Source of the DNA: Anaerolineae bacterium
GTDB lineage: Bacteria > Chloroflexota > Anaerolineae > DRVO01
Assembly: GCA_040768685.1 (NCBI GenBank)
Contig: JAXGMM010000001.1
Coordinates: forward strand, 553,279 to 617,278
Direction of reading: 5' to 3'
Length of the DNA stretch: 64,000 nt
The notes under the pieces were generated by a model. It saw only the letters and a program-made list of their open reading frames with translations. It made no database searches and was not told where the DNA came from. A program made the translations under genes and the position numbers. Positions 61,206-64,000 of the stretch are shown in pieces; within the stretch, counting starts at the first letter, position 1, and every line of letters starts with the position of its first letter.

Positions 61206-61898
61206 ATGGCATCCAGGACTATGGGCAGTGGGAAGCAAACGAAGCAGTGGCTCGAGGCCGAGGCCAGGATACCGGTCCGGCTGGGCTACTTGCTGCACCT
61301 GCCGGGCGACTATCGGAAGGATCCGGACAAGCGGTGGCCGCTCATCCTCTTCCTGCACGGGATGGGGGAGCGGGGAGACGACCTGGAGAAGGTCAAGATC
61401 CACGGCATCCCCAAGTTGGCCGACAAAAACCCGGACTTCCCCTTCGTGACCGTCTCGCCTCAATGCCCGGCCGACTCGGTGTGGACGGCGCAGCTCCCGG
61501 CGCTGGAGGCACTGCTGGACTTGGTGCTCGATCATTATGCCGTGGACCCGGCGCGCGTGTACCTGACCGGCCTGAGCATGGGCGGCTACGGGTCGTGGGC
61601 GTTGGGGTCGCAGTCGCCGCAACGTTTCGCGGCGGTGGTGCCCATTTGCGGCGGCGGCCGGACGGAGGCAGGCTTCCCGGCCAAGGTCGCGGCCCTCAAA
61701 GGAGTGCCCGTGTGGGCCTTCCATGGCGCTGATGACGCCGTCGTACCGTTGGCGGAGTCGGAGAAGCTGGTGGACCATCTGCGATCGGTCGGCGGAGACG
61801 TCCGGTTGACGGTGTACCCGGACTGTGGGCACAACTCCTGGGAACGGACCTACGACAACCCGTATCTCTATCGCTGGCTGCTCAAGCACCATCGCTGA
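61206..61898 (+). CDS. alpha/beta hydrolase, phospholipase/carboxylesterase (PHB-depolymerase-like esterase) family
   Basis: LILFLHGMGERGDD, nucleophile elbow GLSMGGYGSW; ORF track start 60957 overlaps SBP and terminator so ATG 61206 with GAGGTG SD preferred. Confidence 0.7.
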   Translation: MASRTMGSGKQTKQWLEAEARIPVRLGYLLHLPGDYRKDPDKRWPLILFLHGMGERGDDLEKVKIHGIPKLADKNPDFPFVTVSPQCPADSVWTAQLPALEALLDLVLDHYAVDPARVYLTGLSMGGYGSWALGSQSPQRFAAVVPICGGGRTEAGFPAKVAALKGVPVWAFHGADDAVVPLAESEKLVDHLRSVGGDVRLTVYPDCGHNSWERTYDNPYLYRWLLKHHR

Positions 61899-61937
61899 GA
61901 GGGGCGCGGCTGAGGGCGCCTGCGGCTACCTAAGAGG

Positions 61938-62306
61938 TCAGTAGGCGCCTAGTTCGTGCAGGCGGTCGTCGTCGATGCCGAAGTGGTGGGCGATCTCGTG
62001 CCGCACCACCCGTCGCACCAGTTGCCGCATCTCGTGGCGGTTACGCGCCTGGCGCTCGATCGGGCCCTGGTAGATGGTGATGGTGTCGGGCGCAACCAGG
62101 CCGTAGCCGTGGCCCCGGTTGGCGAGCGGCACGCCGTGGTAGAAGCCGAGCAGGTGGTAGGGCGAGCGCGCTCGGGCGAGGCTCAGGGTGTGCCGGTCGG
62201 CCCAGTCCTCGACCAGCACGGCGACGTTCTCCAAGCGCTCCTGGAACTCCGGCTCCAGCGATTCTAGGGCTTCCTCGACCAGCGCGACGAAGTCGTCTCG
62301 TTCCAT
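61938..62306 (-). CDS. zincin-like metallopeptidase family protein (HExxH)
   Basis: VVRHEIAHHFGIDDDRLHELG; N-terminus MERDDFVALVEEALESLEPEF; TACAAT -10 element 7 nt upstream of ATG 62306 (leaderless). Confidence 0.6.
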   Translation of the reverse strand: MERDDFVALVEEALESLEPEFQERLENVAVLVEDWADRHTLSLARARSPYHLLGFYHGVPLANRGHGYGLVAPDTITIYQGPIERQARNRHEMRQLVRRVVRHEIAHHFGIDDDRLHELGAY

Positions 62307-62344
62307 GGGCGGCATTGTAGCACGAGCGTCGGGTGTGGTGCGCC

Positions 62345-63199
62345 TCAGCGACCCTGAGCAGGCTCCTCGAAGCAGAGCATCACCGAGTCGGCAATGGCGC
62401 GGTAGCCGATCTCCTGGTAAATGTGATTCGACGTAGGGTTGGCGAGGTCGGTGTAGAGGAAGCAGAACCGTCGTCCTTGGTCCAGCAGCATCCGGCTGAG
62501 GGCCGCCACGCAGGCGCTGGCATAACCCCGCCGGCGCCACTCGGGCGGAGTGTACACCGCGCCGACGCGGTCACCGTGGGGGGTGGCGGCGATGTGGCCG
62601 GCCATGGAGACGGGCTCGCCGTCCTCCCACAGGTACAGCCCCCGCGACTGCGTCGTCAGGAACCGATCCACCGACTTCTCCGGATCGCCGCCGGGGTCGG
62701 CATCGTGGAAGAAGCCGGTGAACCACTCCCTCAGAAGTGGCCGGTCTGCTTCCGTGGCCCGCCGCAAGTGGCCGGGCACATCGACCGGCCAACGCACCTT
62801 CTCCAGCTCGTAGATGCGCTGACCCATGGCGAGCCGCGCCTTGTGGCCGGTCTTCTCCTGCCAGAGGCCGGCAAATGCTTCTGACACCACTGGCGAACCG
62901 GTGACGCCCGGGACACCGTAACCTGACCGCAACAGGTCCTCGACAAGCAAGGGCAGCGCCTCGAGCGACTCGGTGTGGGAGAGGAGCAGGTTGTGGGGCG
63001 GCGTCATGATGGCGGCGAGGACGGGGTCGCTGCCCGCGAGCGCTAGAGCCAGGTACGGGGGCGGGTCCACCCATTCGCGCCCGGAGGCGATGCCCGCCAG
63101 GATCCCCAGGATGAGGTTGTGCTCCGCTTCGCGGCCCAGTAGGAGGGGTTCGGTGCGAGCCCGAAACTCGGCGGCGTTGGCGTAGCGCACCAGGTCCAT
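62345..63199 (-). CDS. GNAT family N-acetyltransferase (two-lobed)
   Basis: RRRGYASACVAALSRMLLDQGRRFCFLYTDLANPTSNHIYQEIGY acetyl-CoA binding region. Confidence 0.7.
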   Translation of the reverse strand: MDLVRYANAAEFRARTEPLLLGREAEHNLILGILAGIASGREWVDPPPYLALALAGSDPVLAAIMTPPHNLLLSHTESLEALPLLVEDLLRSGYGVPGVTGSPVVSEAFAGLWQEKTGHKARLAMGQRIYELEKVRWPVDVPGHLRRATEADRPLLREWFTGFFHDADPGGDPEKSVDRFLTTQSRGLYLWEDGEPVSMAGHIAATPHGDRVGAVYTPPEWRRRGYASACVAALSRMLLDQGRRFCFLYTDLANPTSNHIYQEIGYRAIADSVMLCFEEPAQGR

Positions 63200-63223
63200 G
63201 TCGGGTCGCCTCCGTTCTCCTTC

Positions 63224-63967
63224 CTACCAGTCCTTGCGCGCCCAGATGAAGAGCCAGGCGGGGCCGGAGCGGATGTTGCGGATTTGGAAGGGCGAGGCCT
63301 CCAGCATGTCCGACACCTCCTGGGGGGTGTAGCTGGCCAGAATGGAACCGGACGGCTCGTTGATCTCCCTCATGGCGCCGGGGACCAGGAACTGGCGGGC
63401 AAAGACGGTGGCCCAGTAGAACGCCCGCCGAGTGTCGCGCCGGCCGTCGAAGAGAAGCATCTGCCCGCCGGGCTTGAGCACGCGGTGGATGTCTTTCAGG
63501 GCCTTTCCCGGTTCGGACCAGTGATGCAGGGAGAGCGAGCTAACCACGAAGTCGACGCTGTTGTCGCCGAAGGGCAGGTTCTGAGCTTCGCCTTGGCGGA
63601 ACTGCAGCTGCCGGAGGCCGGCTTTGTTAGCGTTCCGGCGGCCTGCCTCGACCATATCTGCGGAGGCATCGATGCCGACCAGACGCAGGAAGGGATGCGC
63701 CAGGGCGATCTGGATGAGCAGGTGACCGGGGCCGCTGCCGACGTCGATCAGAGTACCCTCGGGACTATACTGGTCAAGCTCGTTGACGACCATCCGATGG
63801 ATGGCCTGGAACTGGGGCATGCGAATGACCTGGTCGTAGGCCTGAACCAGTTCCCGGCCCTCGAAACCCTCGCGGCCAACCTTGCGGGCGGCTCGGAGGC
63901 GAGGAGTCCCCAGGTAGCCAAGAACGGCTCCCACGATCACCGGTAACGACAGCAACTTACGGTGCAA
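63224..63967 (-). CDS. class I SAM-dependent methyltransferase
   Basis: motif I LIDVGSGPGHL, motif post-I VGIDAS, LKPGGQMLLFD. Confidence 0.8.
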   Translation of the reverse strand: MHRKLLSLPVIVGAVLGYLGTPRLRAARKVGREGFEGRELVQAYDQVIRMPQFQAIHRMVVNELDQYSPEGTLIDVGSGPGHLLIQIALAHPFLRLVGIDASADMVEAGRRNANKAGLRQLQFRQGEAQNLPFGDNSVDFVVSSLSLHHWSEPGKALKDIHRVLKPGGQMLLFDGRRDTRRAFYWATVFARQFLVPGAMREINEPSGSILASYTPQEVSDMLEASPFQIRNIRSGPAWLFIWARKDW

Positions 63968-64000
63968 AGGTTACCTCCAACGACAGATCTATGATAAGAA

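Overview
This is a high-GC (about 68-70%) bacterial chromosomal window with dense coding on both strands. No rRNA, tRNA, CRISPR array, transposase or integrase was recognised by eye, so it does not look like a classical mobile island. Starts are often TTG or GTG, and many adjacent genes overlap by ATGA or GTGA, which suggests translational coupling.

Main blocks, left to right:
(1) The tail of a sensor histidine kinase, an MBL-fold hydrolase, then a long minus-strand operon. The operon encodes a sulfatase-like protein that lacks the Cys-x-Pro-x-Arg motif (written CxPxR below), a Gfo/Idh/MocA oxidoreductase, a sulfotransferase, a second Gfo/Idh/MocA paralog, an embedded VapBC toxin-antitoxin (TA) pair, a xylose-isomerase-like TIM-barrel protein, a sulfatase with an intact CxPxR motif (the formylglycine, FGly, site) and ZupT. 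An HpcH-family aldolase plus TIM-barrel pair is transcribed divergently. Together this looks like a candidate module acting on sulfated glycosides.
(2) An Opp/Dpp-type ABC transporter operon (substrate-binding protein, SBP, with a Tat signal, two permeases, two ATPases) that ends in a uroporphyrinogen-decarboxylase (URO-D) family protein of the MtaA/CmuA type. Two tandem amidohydrolase paralogs and a second SBP follow.
(3) A cell-envelope and glycosylation block. It holds three paralogous GT-C (GT39/ArnT/PMT-like) membrane glycosyltransferases that share a C-terminal domain, membrane proteins with Pro/Thr-rich linkers (one with a PA14 domain), a secreted GH99-like hydrolase, a DUF4013 membrane protein and an ECF sigma/anti-sigma pair.
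(4) Housekeeping genes: PfkB kinase, prs, a GNAT acetyltransferase, a purine permease, an M28 peptidase-def-nadE operon, a HEPN/MNT TA pair and tig-clpP-clpX.
(5) A second URO-D family gene, then a Gfo/Idh/MocA gene coupled to a PFK-family kinase whose fructose-6-phosphate-binding MGR motif is replaced by LGG, a type II NADH dehydrogenase (NDH-2), another Tat-signal SBP, an esterase, a zincin-like protein, a GNAT and a SAM-dependent methyltransferase.

A family of GC-rich hairpin repeats (core CCCCCTTCCC-loop-GGGAAGGGGG followed by CTAGGGGGTTAGGTC) occurs in at least three intergenic sites. It also occurs as an in-frame tandem duplication (two units of about 87 nt, 29 codons each) inside one GT-C gene. 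Several clean TTGnnn-17/18-TATAAT promoters are visible, and three of them sit 6-7 nt upstream of an ATG, implying leaderless mRNAs.
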